DNA of 38,438 bases from Chiloscyllium plagiosum (Eukaryota). The DNA is taken from contig NC_057719.1 in NCBI RefSeq assembly GCF_004010195.1, positions 42,124,239-42,162,676 of the forward strand. Direction: 5' to 3'. Of the stretch, positions 1-10,430 are shown piece by piece. The notes under the pieces were generated by a model, which worked only from the letters and a program-made list of their open reading frames with translations, did not search any database and was not told where the DNA came from. How positions within the stretch are numbered: the first letter of the stretch is position 1; each line of letters begins with the position of its first letter. The translations under genes were made by a program, and so were the position numbers.

Positions 1-139
1 CTTTGTGACTATGACATCCCCACTCAGGGAAATGATCACGGAGGTTGGGGCAAAGAGGCTCAAGAGTCAGTTGCGATGGAACGCGGAGAGAGAGAAATCA
101 TTCAAGGAGGTGAAGCAAGCTTTGGGAGCAGCGGCCACG

Positions 140-480
140 CTAGCGCACCCAGACTATAAGAAAGGTTTCCACCTGGACGTGGCAGAGACTGAGGGGGTAG
201 TAAACGCCGTCCTGTACCAAAAGGACCGAGGCTGCAGGAGAGTGCTGGGGTATTACAGCTGCCGTTTAGAGCCCATTGAGAAAGGGCAGCCAGGCTGTGC
301 CAGATTTGTGGCAGCTGTAACGAAAGCGGTCAACACTGACCATCTAGTACTCTGCCATCCCTTGACTATTCACACAGATCACAGCATCGGAGCCTTTCTG
401 GCCTCCAACTCATTCAGCTTTTCAGCTGGGCGGCAGGTTAGAATTGAGAATGCCCTTCTATCACCGCACATTACGTTTGC
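140..480 (+). other. Tether domain (degenerate Ty3/Gypsy-type RNase H)
   Basis: FHLDVAETEGVVNAVLYQ aligns with Gypsy F.L.TDAS..G.GAVL.Q, lacking the first catalytic Asp. YYSCRLEPIEKGQPGCARFVAA aligns with Y.S..L...E..Y...EKE.LA, lacking the Glu. IHTDH is retained. Confidence 0.8.
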
Positions 481-621
481 ATCCGATAGGGGGAGTACTA
501 GGAATATGATGGTGGGAGTGAATGGGGGATCCTTGAAGCCCCACGACTGTGTGCCAGAGTGGCTGAGGAGAGGAGGATACGTAAGGGGTTGCACACAGAA
601 CCCCTGGCCGAGGCAGACTGG

Positions 622-1053
622 GACCTGTACACCGATGGCAGCAGCCGTCGGGAAGCAGGCGGCGTACGAGCCTCGTATGCCGTGGTCAGAGATTCAGGGG
701 GGGTATACGACACCATTGAGTCTGGGGAAATCCCACAGCCTGCATCTGCACAGCTAGCAGAGATTACAGCCCTGACAAGGGCATTAGAACTGAGTGAGGG
801 ACACCGAGTTAACATCTTCACTGACTCCAATTATGCATGGACCGCAGTCCACGTAGAGGGCACAGCATGGGTTAGACGTGGTTTTAAAACCAGCACGGGG
901 AGGCCGGTAAAACACGACCAGCGTTTGCGATGGTTGCTCCAGGCAGTGCATCGTCCAAGGGAAGTGGCAGTAGTGAAAGTGCAAGGACACTCTGCCTTAC
1001 GTACCAGGGAAGCGCTGGGAAATGATGCAGCTGAGAGGGCAGCCAAGCTCGCA
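622..1053 (+). other. Second, retroviral/cellular RNase HI-type domain
   Basis: DLYTDGSS (D at 634-636), [39 protein letters not shown] (last acidic position is Glu, 1033-1035). Confidence 0.9.
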
Positions 1054-1335
1054 GTGCAGATGGTCACCCTGAGGTCATGGACAGACACCCAACAGAGTCC
1101 GGGGCTGGGGGAGGGTAGCAGTGATTCCCCTGGGGAGGCAGCTAGGGTTGATGCCATTAGGCATCTGTGTGAGCTGCAGGGACGGGCGAGCAGTGCTGAG
1201 GTCAGGGAATGGGAGAATAAAGGCGCAGTCCGACAGTATGTGGAGGTCGAAGGGTCTCAACAGCCCCTTTGGCGATCCCCGGGAGGAGAGGTAGTGGCCC
1301 CGAGGGCTCTCCTCCTAACACTTTTCTCTGAAATA

Positions 1336-2290
1336 CATGGGCCAACACACGTGGGAGTTGCCCAAGTTGTAAGAACCGTCCAGAACCACTGGTGTGCACC
1401 CCGGCTGCGGGAACATATAGAGAACCTGAGGGCTGAGTGCAGGGTGTGTAATGAGTACAACACCAGGAGAGTTCTCCCACACCCGATGTTAAAGTTCCCA
1501 ACCCCGACAGGGCCGTGGCAGGAGATCTGCATGGACTTTACGGACATGGGAGTCAAATGGAGGACCCCAGATAACTACAGATACATGCTAGTCGTAGTGG
1601 ACAGATTCTCCCGTTGGGTAGAGGCAACTCCTACAAAGACGGAGGATGGGGAAGTTGTTGTGAAGTGGCTCACAAAGGAATTGATTCCCCGCTATGGCGT
1701 CCTCCGAAAAATCTGCACAGACAATGGGACACATTTTAAAAACGAACATCTTGCCCGGGTGGAGGCTACTCTAGAGATACTTCACCGCTACGGCAGTGTC
1801 TACCACCCTGAGAGTCAGGGGTTAGTAGAGAGGGCCAATCGCACGCTTAAAGACAAGATTGCCAAGGTCATGGCAGGGACTGCATTGACGTGGGTGCAGG
1901 CACTCCCCCCTAGCCTTGCTGTCAATGAGGCAGGAAAGGAGTGGCGATACCTTCCTGACACCCCATGAAATCCTGACAGGTCGCTCCATGCCTGGCCCCC
2001 GAACATCACCCCTGTGGGAAACAGATTGGGATACAATGAATCAGGACATGACGCAGTACATGCAAGTACTGGGGGAAATGGTCCGGCTAATATCCAACCA
2101 GGTTACGGCTGCACGGCCGGACACCCCCGACAGGTCCCGATCCCTTCGAGAGGGGGACAAGGTAGATGGGCCGTACGGCCTGGGACAAGGGGCGGTGGCA
2201 TGGCCCCTACCCAGTGACGGGGGTCGCTGCCAACGCCTTGAGGGTGAACCGGGAGGGGGACAATAACTGGCACCATTTCTCTCATTGCTC
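1336..2290 (+). other. Integrase domain (HHCC zinc finger, D,D35E core, GPY/F C-terminal module)
   Basis: H-x3-H...C-x2-C; D at 1534, D at 1720, E at 1828 with 35 residues between the last two; RWHGPY and WHHFSHC C-terminal motifs. Confidence 0.93.
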
Positions 2291-2358
2291 CAGGTCAGGA
2301 AAGCCTAACACTACTCTGACTCCGGTTGCGGAGGTCGCGCCTGACAAGGAGCTGGAAA

Positions 2359-2526
2359 ATGAGGGAAAGTAACAGACTCCTGAACTGGCTGGGTTTCTGC
2401 CTAGTGATACAGATGCTGCAGTTTGTGTGCATGTCCGTTCCCGGTAGACGGGGGACTATCATTAATGTACGGCAATTCACACTGCTCACGGTGACAGGTT
2501 TATTTCAGGTTCGTCTATTTCCGTAG
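2359..2526 (+). CDS. Short ORF overlapping the pol stop with a signal-peptide-like N-terminus (possible env or accessory gene remnant)
   Basis: ATG at 2359 just before the pol TAA; MRESNRLLNWLGFCLVIQMLQFVCMS has a basic N-region and a hydrophobic core; stops at 2526. Confidence 0.3.
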   Translation: MRESNRLLNWLGFCLVIQMLQFVCMSVPGRRGTIINVRQFTLLTVTGLFQVRLFP

Positions 2527-3601
2527 GGTACGGGGTTCCAATAGGTGTGTGCTTATGCTTCTTTTTTCCCCTACTACGACCCAATACTATCCCTTCTCCC
2601 TCAGTGTAACATCTGCTGTTCAAAAAAATAAACCCCTTCCATGTTAGTTTTGCCCACCTACATTGGCAGCACTTTGACTTATACTGTACGCTGCAGTCAG
2701 GGGCCGAGAAGTACTGTATGCCCCNNNNNNNNNNNNNNNNNNNNNNNNNNNNNNNNNNNNNNNNNNNNNNNNNNNNNNNNNNNNNNNNNNNNNNNNNNNN
2801 NNNNNNNNNNNNNNNNNNNNNNNNNNNNNNNNNNNNNNNNNNNNNNNNNNNNNNNNNNNNNNNNNNNNNNNNNNNNNNNNNNNNNNNNNNNNNNNNNNNN
2901 NNNNNNNNNNNNNNNNNNNNNNNNNNNNNNNNNNNNNNNNNNNNNNNNNNNNNNNNNNNNNNNNNNNNNNNNNNNNNNNNNNNNNNNNNNNNNNNNNNNN
3001 NNNNNNNNNNNNNNNNNNNNNNNNNNNNNNNNNNNNNNNNNNNNNNNNNNNNNNNNNNNNNNNNNNNNNNNNNNNNNNNNNNNNNNNNNNNNNNNNNNNN
3101 NNNNNNNNNNNNNNNNNNNNNNNNNNNNNNNNNNNNNNNNNNNNNNNNNNNNNNNNNNNNNNNNNNNNNNNNNNNNNNNNNNNNNNNNNNNNNNNNNNNN
3201 NNNNNNNNNNNNNNNNNNNNNNNNNNNNNNNNNNNNNNNNNNNNNNNNNNNNNNNNNNNNNNNNNNNNNNNNNNNNNNNNNNNNNNNNNNNNNNNNNNNN
3301 NNNNNNNNNNNNNNNNNNNNNNNNNNNNNNNNNNNNNNNNNNNNNNNNNNNNNNNNNNNNNNNNNNNNNNNNNNNNNNNNNNNNNNNNNNNNNNNNNNNN
3401 NNNNNNNNNNNNNNNNNNNNNNNNNNNNNNNNNNNNNNNNNNNNNNNNNNNNNNNNNNNNNNNNNNNNNNNNNNNNNNNNNNNNNNNNNNNNNNNNNNNN
3501 NNNNNNNNNNNNNNNNNNNNNNNNNNNNNNNNNNNNNNNNNNNNNNNNNNNNNNNNNNNNNNNNNNNNNNNNNNNNNNNNNNNNNNNNNNNNNNNNNNNN
3601 N

Positions 3602-3786
3602 ATAATTGTGTCAAGTTTGAACGAGAAGGGAGAACGCCTTCTCCAACGAATGCATGCTTGTAGATTCGTTGTACCAGTTAAGATTCTGTGAATAAACGGC
3701 TGTTTGCGTCTAACCATAGTTGCCAGTGTGAGTCTCTCCTTCCGAAAGAACACGCAAAGACGGGACCCCGCGGGTCCGTCTTAACA
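3602..3786 (+). repeat. 3' LTR, R-U5 end (start lost in the N gap)
   Basis: AATAAA 3691-3696, GC-rich hairpin 3757-3782, terminal CA at 3785-3786, sharp junction to PLE coding sequence. Confidence 0.7.
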
Positions 3787-4380
3787 ACATCCATCAAAGT
3801 TTCACCTGCACTTCCACACACATCATTTATTGTATCCATTGCTCCCGACGCGGTCTCCTCTACATTGGGGAGACTGGATGCCTACCCGCGGAGCGCTTTA
3901 GAGAACATCACCAGGACACCCGCGCCAATCAACCCCATCGTCCTGTGGCCGAACATTTCAACTCCCTATCCCACTCTGCCAACGTCATGCAGATCCTGGG
4001 CCTCCTCCACTGCCACTCCCTCACCACCAGATGCCTGGAGGAAGAGCGTATCATCTTCTGCCTTGGGACGCTTCAACCCTAGGGCATTAATGTGGACCAC
4101 CAGTTTCCTCATTCCTCCCCCACCCCACGTTACCCCAGTTCCAACTTTCCAGTTCATGATTTGTCCCACCTGTCAATCTTCCTTCCCACCTATCCGCTCC
4201 ACCCTCCTCTCCAACTTATCATCTTTACTCCCACCTCCATCCACCTATTGCACCTCTTCCCCAGCTATCTCTCCACTGCCAGCCTCATTCCTGATGAAGG
4301 GCTCTGGCCCAAAACATCGATTCTCTACTTCTCAGATGCTGCCTGACCTGCTGTGCTTTTCCAGCAACACAATCTCGACC
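3787..4380 (+). mobile_element. Penelope-like element 3' fragment (GIY-YIG endonuclease region plus terminal repeat)
   Basis: From about 3801 it translates FTCTSTHIIYCIHCSRRGLLYIGETG...RFREH...VAEHFNS, later LEEERIIFCLG; ends in the CTGATGAAGGGC...GATGCTGCCTGACCTGCTG terminal motif. Confidence 0.85.
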
Positions 4381-5364
4381 CCACTCCATTGTAGTCTAGC
4401 AACATCAAGAGTTACTGATGGGGAGGAAGCTGAAGATTCATCTCCTATTCTTCCTAAGACATTATTTCAGTACTTCAACCTTCATGAATATCAAGTAATA
4501 GGTCATAAAGAGCAAACCCATCACACACAGCAGGCCACGTATTGCAATTTACATCATCCTACATGATGATTACATAATGAATGGGGCAATCCTAGGAGCA
4601 AGAATATAAATAGAAAATGCTGCATTATTCACAGAGATCCAAGTCAATAGAAACCATCTATTAATCTTAGTGATGATTGGCTATATAGAAAAATCTCACA
4701 GGAACCTCATCCTATTACAGTTGAGTCACCCACAGACTATTCATTGGGATGAACCAAATAGCAAAACCATGAATAGAGGAGAACTTCAGATCTCAGACCA
4801 TCAGTACAACAGTCCAAGTCAACAGTCTTGCATCAAACAAACCAATATTTTTCCAAATACAAAGTGAACATACTTGATGAGAAAAGTGAAACCTTTAGAT
4901 CACTTGAATTTGTAAAGTCAAAAACATGGGGAGAGATAGGCTTGTGGTAGATGTGTAAACAAATGCATAGGAGTAGCATTGTTCATGGAAAAAATATTTG
5001 CAAGAGATTTTGCATTTTGATTTGTAAGTGTTAATAATTGATTGAGTGTAGTAAGCACCACCCACTATGAGGACCTGGGTATAGAGAAATTAAACAAAGT
5101 AAAGAAGGAGATTATAAGAGGCAGACCTGGGGGTAGTGTGCTCCCAACACTCTCTAATGGTAATATAGCTCATATTCATGTAGTGTGTAAATAGTTGGAG
5201 TAATGCAATGAATTTCATATTGTTTACTCAAAAACACTCAACTAAGTAGATCAGAAAGGTAGCTATCAATACCTATTCTCAATCACTTCAGGTTTGAAGG
5301 ATTCCACACAATAATTATAACCAGAGTAGCTTGAGGCAGAGATGCTTGCTGCCATATCATTATC

Positions 5365-5760
5365 GGGAGAGGCGGATTCAGCTGGGGCTGTTTACCCTGG
5401 AGCGTTGGAGGCTGAGGCGTGACTTTATAGAGGACTATAAAATCATGAGGGGGCATGGAGAGGGTAAATAGACAAGGTCTTTTCCCTGGAGTGTGGGAAT
5501 CCAAAACTAAGTGGCATAGGTTTAGGGTGAGAGGGAAATATTTTAAAAGAGAACAAAGGGGCAACATATTCACTCAAAGGATAGTACGTGTATGAAATGA
5601 GCTGTTAGAGGAAGTGGTGGAGGCTGGTGAAACTACAACATTTAAAAGGCATCTGGATGGGTATATGAATAGGTAGAGTTCAGAGGGATATGGCCCAAGT
5701 GCTGGCAAATGGGACTAGATCAGTTTAGAAAATCTAGTCGGCATGGACGTGTTGGAAGAA
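5365..5760 (+). mobile_element. CR1/HER1-type LINE 3' fragment
   Basis: Typical CR1 ORF2 C-terminus (LGLF...RRLRG.L...YKIMRG, TQR.VR.WNEL) and 3' UTR; reverse-complement similar to 20222-20650. Confidence 0.85.
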
Positions 5761-6479
5761 AAGCTTTGTGATCTGCCCTAAGATTATCCAAAGAACAGGT
5801 GAACCTATACTAAAATAAGTGTTGAAGTGTTTAAGTTGGATCTTCATCGATCACTGCATTACTGAAGACCTTTTGTAACTACACCGGTCTTTTTCTCCAT
5901 TTGTTTGAAATGTTTGCAGAACGCCCAGTAGACAATGTAGAAAATTCAGTGACCTAGTATTGGAAGTGGTGGTGGCAAGTGAGGGACAAAGGAAGGTAAA
6001 ATCAAAAGTTTCAGTTGGCCATACTTCAGGAGTTCTTCACCCTCTATCACTTGTCTGCCACTACCTTACAGCCACTGGGCACTCGTATGTCCACCCTGAC
6101 CATATACGGCCTTTCCATGCCAATTGGGAAGCAACAAGACTTTTAATGCTCAACTGTTAGCCAACATTAACTTCCAATATTTTAACTAGGTATCAAAAAT
6201 ATTCAAAAATAATTAAACTTATTTTTTTTCATTTCTGTACTTGGTTGCTTGTGTCAGTGCATGAGAATAATTTTCAATTCCCTGAAATTCTAGAATAATC
6301 CTGGACGTTTGATAATCCTGCCTTGTCACCAGGGAGGACACTAAGGAGTGATAACCAGACACTGTAGCAATACAGGAAGGAAGATAAAGCTGACACACAC
6401 ACAGCACCAACTGACACGTTTGGATACAGATGAAAACAGCCTAAACCCAAGACAGTTCTTGTTTTCTTTATGTTTTTTT

Positions 6480-6778
6480 TTAAGATTTAGATTCCCTACA
6501 GTGTGGAAACAGGCTGGTTGGCCCTCCAAAAAGAAACCCACCCAGACCCATTTCCCTCTGACTACTGCACCTAACACTATGGACAATTTAGCATGGCCAA
6601 TTCACCTGACTTGCACATCTTTGGACTGTAGGAGGAAACTGGAGCACCCGGAGGAAATCCACACAGACACAGGGAGAATATGCAAACTCCACACAGACAG
6701 TCGCCCGAGGCTGGGACCAAACCTGGGACCCAGGTGCTGTGAGGCAGTACTGCTAACCACTGAGTCACCGTGCTGCCC
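6480..6778 (-). mobile_element. HE1-type V-SINE
   Basis: Minus strand begins GGGCAGCACGGTGACTCAGTGGTTAGCA (tRNA head), has the V-domain TGTGTGGAGTTTGCATATTCTCCCTGTGTCTGTGTGG and a CR1-like tail. Confidence 0.9.
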
Positions 6779-6805
6779 ATGCACTCGTTTGACGTGCATT
6801 GGAGA

Positions 6806-7320
6806 CAAAAAAAACTGCAGATGCTGGAATCCAAGGTAGACAAGCGGGAGACTTGAAGAACACAGCAAGCCAGACAGTGTCAGGAGGTGGAGAAGTCAAC
6901 GTTTCAGGTGTAACCCTTCTTCAGGACTGGGGTGGGGGTAAGAGGAGCCACAGTGAATCAGATCGGAAATTGGAGAAATCAACACTTCATCTTCCACCTG
7001 GCAGACTACAGTCCGGAGGACTTAAAATTGAGTTCTCTAATTTCAAATAACCTCCCTTCCCATTCATCAACTCCCTTCCCAGTGCCTCCCCCCTCCCTTC
7101 CACTCCTCTGATCGACCTTCCTTCCAGCTATCAACCAGATTCACTCCTCTTATCGACCGACCAGGCCGTACCCTCTACCTGTGTCACCACTCTGCCCCTT
7201 TATCTGCGGCTCCCCTGACACCCACCCTTAGTCCTGAAGAAGGGTTCCACCCAAAGCATTGACTTCTCTACTTCCTGAGGCTACATGGCTTTCTTGTATT
7301 CTTCTAACGTCCTGCTTGAA
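6806..7320 (+). mobile_element. Truncated PLE with inverted terminal-repeat copy
   Basis: About 6840-6950 is the inverse of about 7205-7318; the interior 6963-7050 encodes a PLE C-terminus (RKLE...HLGRLQSGGLKIEFSNFK*). Confidence 0.8.
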
Positions 7321-9034
7321 CTCTTCTATGTTATGCTCCTCTACCTCCCGCACTGCCTTTCTGAAGCACGCTGGATTCCTTACTCCCCATGATCTGCATC
7401 CATCTTCAGTACTTGAAGGAGGTCAAAGCTGCACATCTGCTTTGGTGTCAAATAAACACTAACCTGGTGCTCATGTCCTCACAACACATTTGAACTGCTG
7501 TCTGAGTTATCATCCTGCACAAGACAACAACTGCTTCCTTCTCCGTACTTGCTTCGGAAGACAAGGGAATGGGGCTGAGAAGACAAGGGAATGGGGCTGT
7601 TTGCCACGATCAAACAGTGAAACAGACTCAAAGGGCTGAATGGCCTAATTTTGCCCCTACATCTTCTGGTCTTATGCACAATGTACTGAATTTACACCAA
7701 CATTTGGAGGTGGAGCCATAGACAACGAAAAGGGTGAATCACCATGTCGGGACTGCTACCTGATGGCTTCCCATTGACAGTCAAATTGCCCAGGGGAAGC
7801 CAGGACTGGCTCTGGCAGCTAGCTGTGGCAGTAGGCATCCGAAGGAGACCTGTAAGTAAGTCATTAACAGTGACTTTTTACTTTCACTATCACTTGAACA
7901 CACAGGTTCTAGGGTTTCAGCAGTTTGTCAGCTGCAATTAAGTGAAAGCACACTGGGAAGTTTTTTGCTTATCATTGACAGACTGCACAGGCAGGAAGTG
8001 TAGCTTAGGGCTACACTGGAATCGACTATGATATGGAAGAGCTGTGGCAGGAGGTTAGAAACTGGAACATTATTTACCCTACCACGAGGCCAGGCAAAAC
8101 AAGGGGAGAACACTCATTGACGATCAAACAATGTAAAGGGAGCTGAGTACCGTACTTTCAGAGATCACCTCCTGCAGTCAGAAGCAGACAGAGAAAGAGA
8201 AGAACTTCACCAGCTACAGGGGAACAAGTACCAATATGACACATATGTAGATACCCCTTGTTACCCAGGATCCATCCATGAAGGTTTTCCAGTGAGGTGA
8301 ACAATCATAACACCTAGGACAGGCCATCATTGACTCTTGCCTGATAGTCACTAGCACCCATTTCCTGGCACTAGATTCCTACAGGAACCACACAACATAT
8401 CAATATGAGGTATAAATTATATATGTCTATTTAGTTCCAAAAATTGAAGTCAGGGTAGTTTGAACAAAGCCCTTCATCCCTGAGCTCTTTCTGGGCCTAT
8501 GTGCACTTCCCTACGTCTCAGGAGTGGATCATCACTAACAACAAGTCCACACACTTCTCAAGTAACACAAAAAAAATGCATTAAACACTGCTCAGGGATA
8601 GCATGCTATTTTAGAGGCCAATTTGCAGATCATGCAGGCACTCAATATCATGTCACATATGATTTTTCATGTGGATTGTCACATCTTCGTGCAGGAAGTC
8701 ATAAATCAGATACATAGTGCCACTTGTAACATAAACAGAACCCTCTGTCATGAACAAACAGCCACTTAGGAAATCTGACTGAAGCCTACGTATTTTGCAT
8801 TCTCTTAGCACTCAACTCCCAACGCTCAGCATTAACATGAAGCGGAGCATTGCTGATCCTGTCCTCTCTCCTGCGATGTACATTCTCATAAGGAAAGTAA
8901 AACTCCCTGTTTAGATGAAGGCCTGATATAACTATACTGCTCAAAATTTGAAAAGGATTTAGTGAATTGAATAAAAAGGATGAACTGAAAGAAAATGTAA
9001 TCATGAATCGGTTTCTTATGAGAATGATTTGCAA

Positions 9035-9135
9035 TGAAAAGAGAGAATCCTGGAGAAACTGAATTGTTCTGGCAGCATCTGTGGAGAGAGAAACAGAATT
9101 AACATTTTTGAGCCCAAATGAATCTTCTGCAGTAC
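9035..9135 (-). repeat. Degraded PLE terminal-repeat fragment
   Basis: CTGGCAGCATCTGTGGAGAGAGAAACAGAATTAACATT is the reverse complement of the motif family at 12540-12650, 28400-28500 and 30530-30640. Confidence 0.55.
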
Positions 9136-10094
9136 TCCTTCTTCAGAATGATTTTAAATTATTGGCTGCTGCCTTCTTTTTGTGCCTTCCAAGTTGCTCA
9201 AACTGATTACATCTCTTTTTATTGGCCTTTCAGTTCTTCTGTGTGATTGATGTACACAAGTGTGGTATGAGGCTCTAGTTAATGCCATTAGACAACCAGG
9301 ATTTTAAGTCTAGAATTTTATGAGACCTGAACTTTCAAGCAAGTATTGGGTGAGAATTTGTCTGATAGAGAAGTGGCTTATGTGATCTCACATGACATAA
9401 GAAACTGGGAGTGATTATCATGATAACAAAAAAGTTATGAACCAATTGTTGCAATTAACTATTATGTACAGATTTTAGATTCACAAGCACATAGCGTCTG
9501 AGTTAACATGAAGCTATTATGTTACAACAAAGCAGGTTTCCTGTGAAGTGTCATGCTTCAAATGAGTAGAAGTGACAGGGAGTATGAGACCTTTATACTC
9601 TAAGGTGACATTGTATTATATAATGATAATATTATGAACATGTCTCTTCAAGGCATACTTATACAGTGACCATGAGGCACTAAACAAAAAACTCCTTCAC
9701 AAAAGGTGAAAAATTATCCCAAATAGATCTATTCATCATTGTACATTGGCACGTGTTGTCAATTTGACAATTATACAAAGAAGTAAGAAGGTTTACAGGA
9801 CTAAAATTTTAAAGTTCAATGTAATGTTTTGGAGGTTTAACAACTCATCCTAATCTAGTAATATCCATTTTCAGTGATATTTGTTGTTCTCTGCCACTCT
9901 TATTTTACAGCAAGGCTGTTTTGCTGCTAGTAGCACCATTTTCATGAACGTCTGATTGGTCCACCATAGATTGGAGCTTCTATTCCTTCACAATATAACA
10001 TCATGGTCAGTAATGATTTCATATGATTTAGGCAGACTGAATATTTTAAAAACATTCGACAGATTTAAAAAATATACTTGGATATCGACTTAAG

Positions 10095-10430
10095 GGGGAG
10101 ATATTGGTGCAGTGGTAATGTTGTTAGGCTATGAATCCGAAGGCCTAAGCAAATATTCTTGGGACATAAGTTTAAATCTCAACATGGTAGCTTGTGGAAT
10201 TTACATTAAAACAATAAATCGGCCAGTCATAGTAATGATTAAGTTAGAACTAGGGAGAGAAATCTGCTTTCTTTACTTGGTATAGTCTGTATGTGACTCC
10301 AGACCCACAGAAATGTTACTGACTCTTAATTACTCAGTGAAATGACCAAGGAAGCCTCGCAGTTCAAAGGGTATCAGAAAGGAGCACTTTCTGCTACTTT
10401 GACTGTGATGTCCAAATCTGATAAGAGAAA
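10095..10430 (+). mobile_element. SacSINE1-like DeuSINE, degraded
   Basis: GGTGCAGTGGTAATG head and Deu-domain TGTGACTCCAGACCCACAG...TGACTCTTAA; inverse-similar to 19240-19700. Confidence 0.65.

Larger units (their letters stand above)
2..2372 (+). pseudogene. pol: Pol polyprotein, partial and frameshifted (RT thumb/tether/RNase H/integrase)
   Basis: Four joinable frames: 5..757 (LAHPDYKKGFHLDV...AVLYQ...IHTDH), 559..1968 ([33 protein letters not shown]...CRVC; MDF, TDNG, LVERAN), 1916..2266 ([12 protein letters not shown]...REGDKV), 2166..2372 (RWHGPY...WHHFSHC, TAA 2370-2372). Frameshifts near 553, in the C6 run 1905-1910, and near 2165. Confidence 0.93.
1..3786 (+). mobile_element. Endogenous retrovirus-like LTR element (lokiretrovirus-like), 3' half: pol 3' part, post-pol region, 3' LTR end; 5' part lies outside the window
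   Basis: Domain order RT thumb - decayed RNase H - second RNase H - integrase. Ends with AATAAA (3691-3696) and terminal TTAACA (3781-3786), followed abruptly by unrelated PLE sequence. Visibly more GC- and CpG-rich than the host DNA. Confidence 0.85.

Noticed and set aside
379..2489. Minus-strand ORFs opposite pol as antisense genes
   Set aside because: Short shadow frames of GC-rich coding sequence with no recognisable motifs.
2605..2647. TGTAAC (2605) or TGTTAG (2642) as the start of the 3' LTR
   Set aside because: Neither is preceded by a polypurine tract; the LTR start is more likely in the gap.
2641..3753. Long ORFs across the first gap (and 33339-33986 across the second)
   Set aside because: Their length comes from runs of N.
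3688..4566. 292-aa Pro/Ser-rich ORF as env or a novel gene
   Set aside because: It crosses the LTR/PLE junction and is an off-frame reading of the PLE; the real PLE frame gives GIY-YIG motifs.
6710..6778. tRNA genes at SINE heads (also about 25460-25525 and 30050-30105)
   Set aside because: These are tRNA-derived SINE heads contiguous with V-domain and LINE tail, not complete cloverleaves.
7557..7599. GAAGACAAGGGAATGGGGCTG direct repeat as a CRISPR-like or regulatory array
   Set aside because: A simple two-copy 22-bp-period slippage duplication beside a CR1 tail remnant in eukaryotic DNA.
7330..8300. Harbinger transposase remnant (YPGSIHE-like near 8262-8285)
   Set aside because: Only one short motif; no continuous alignment that I could support.
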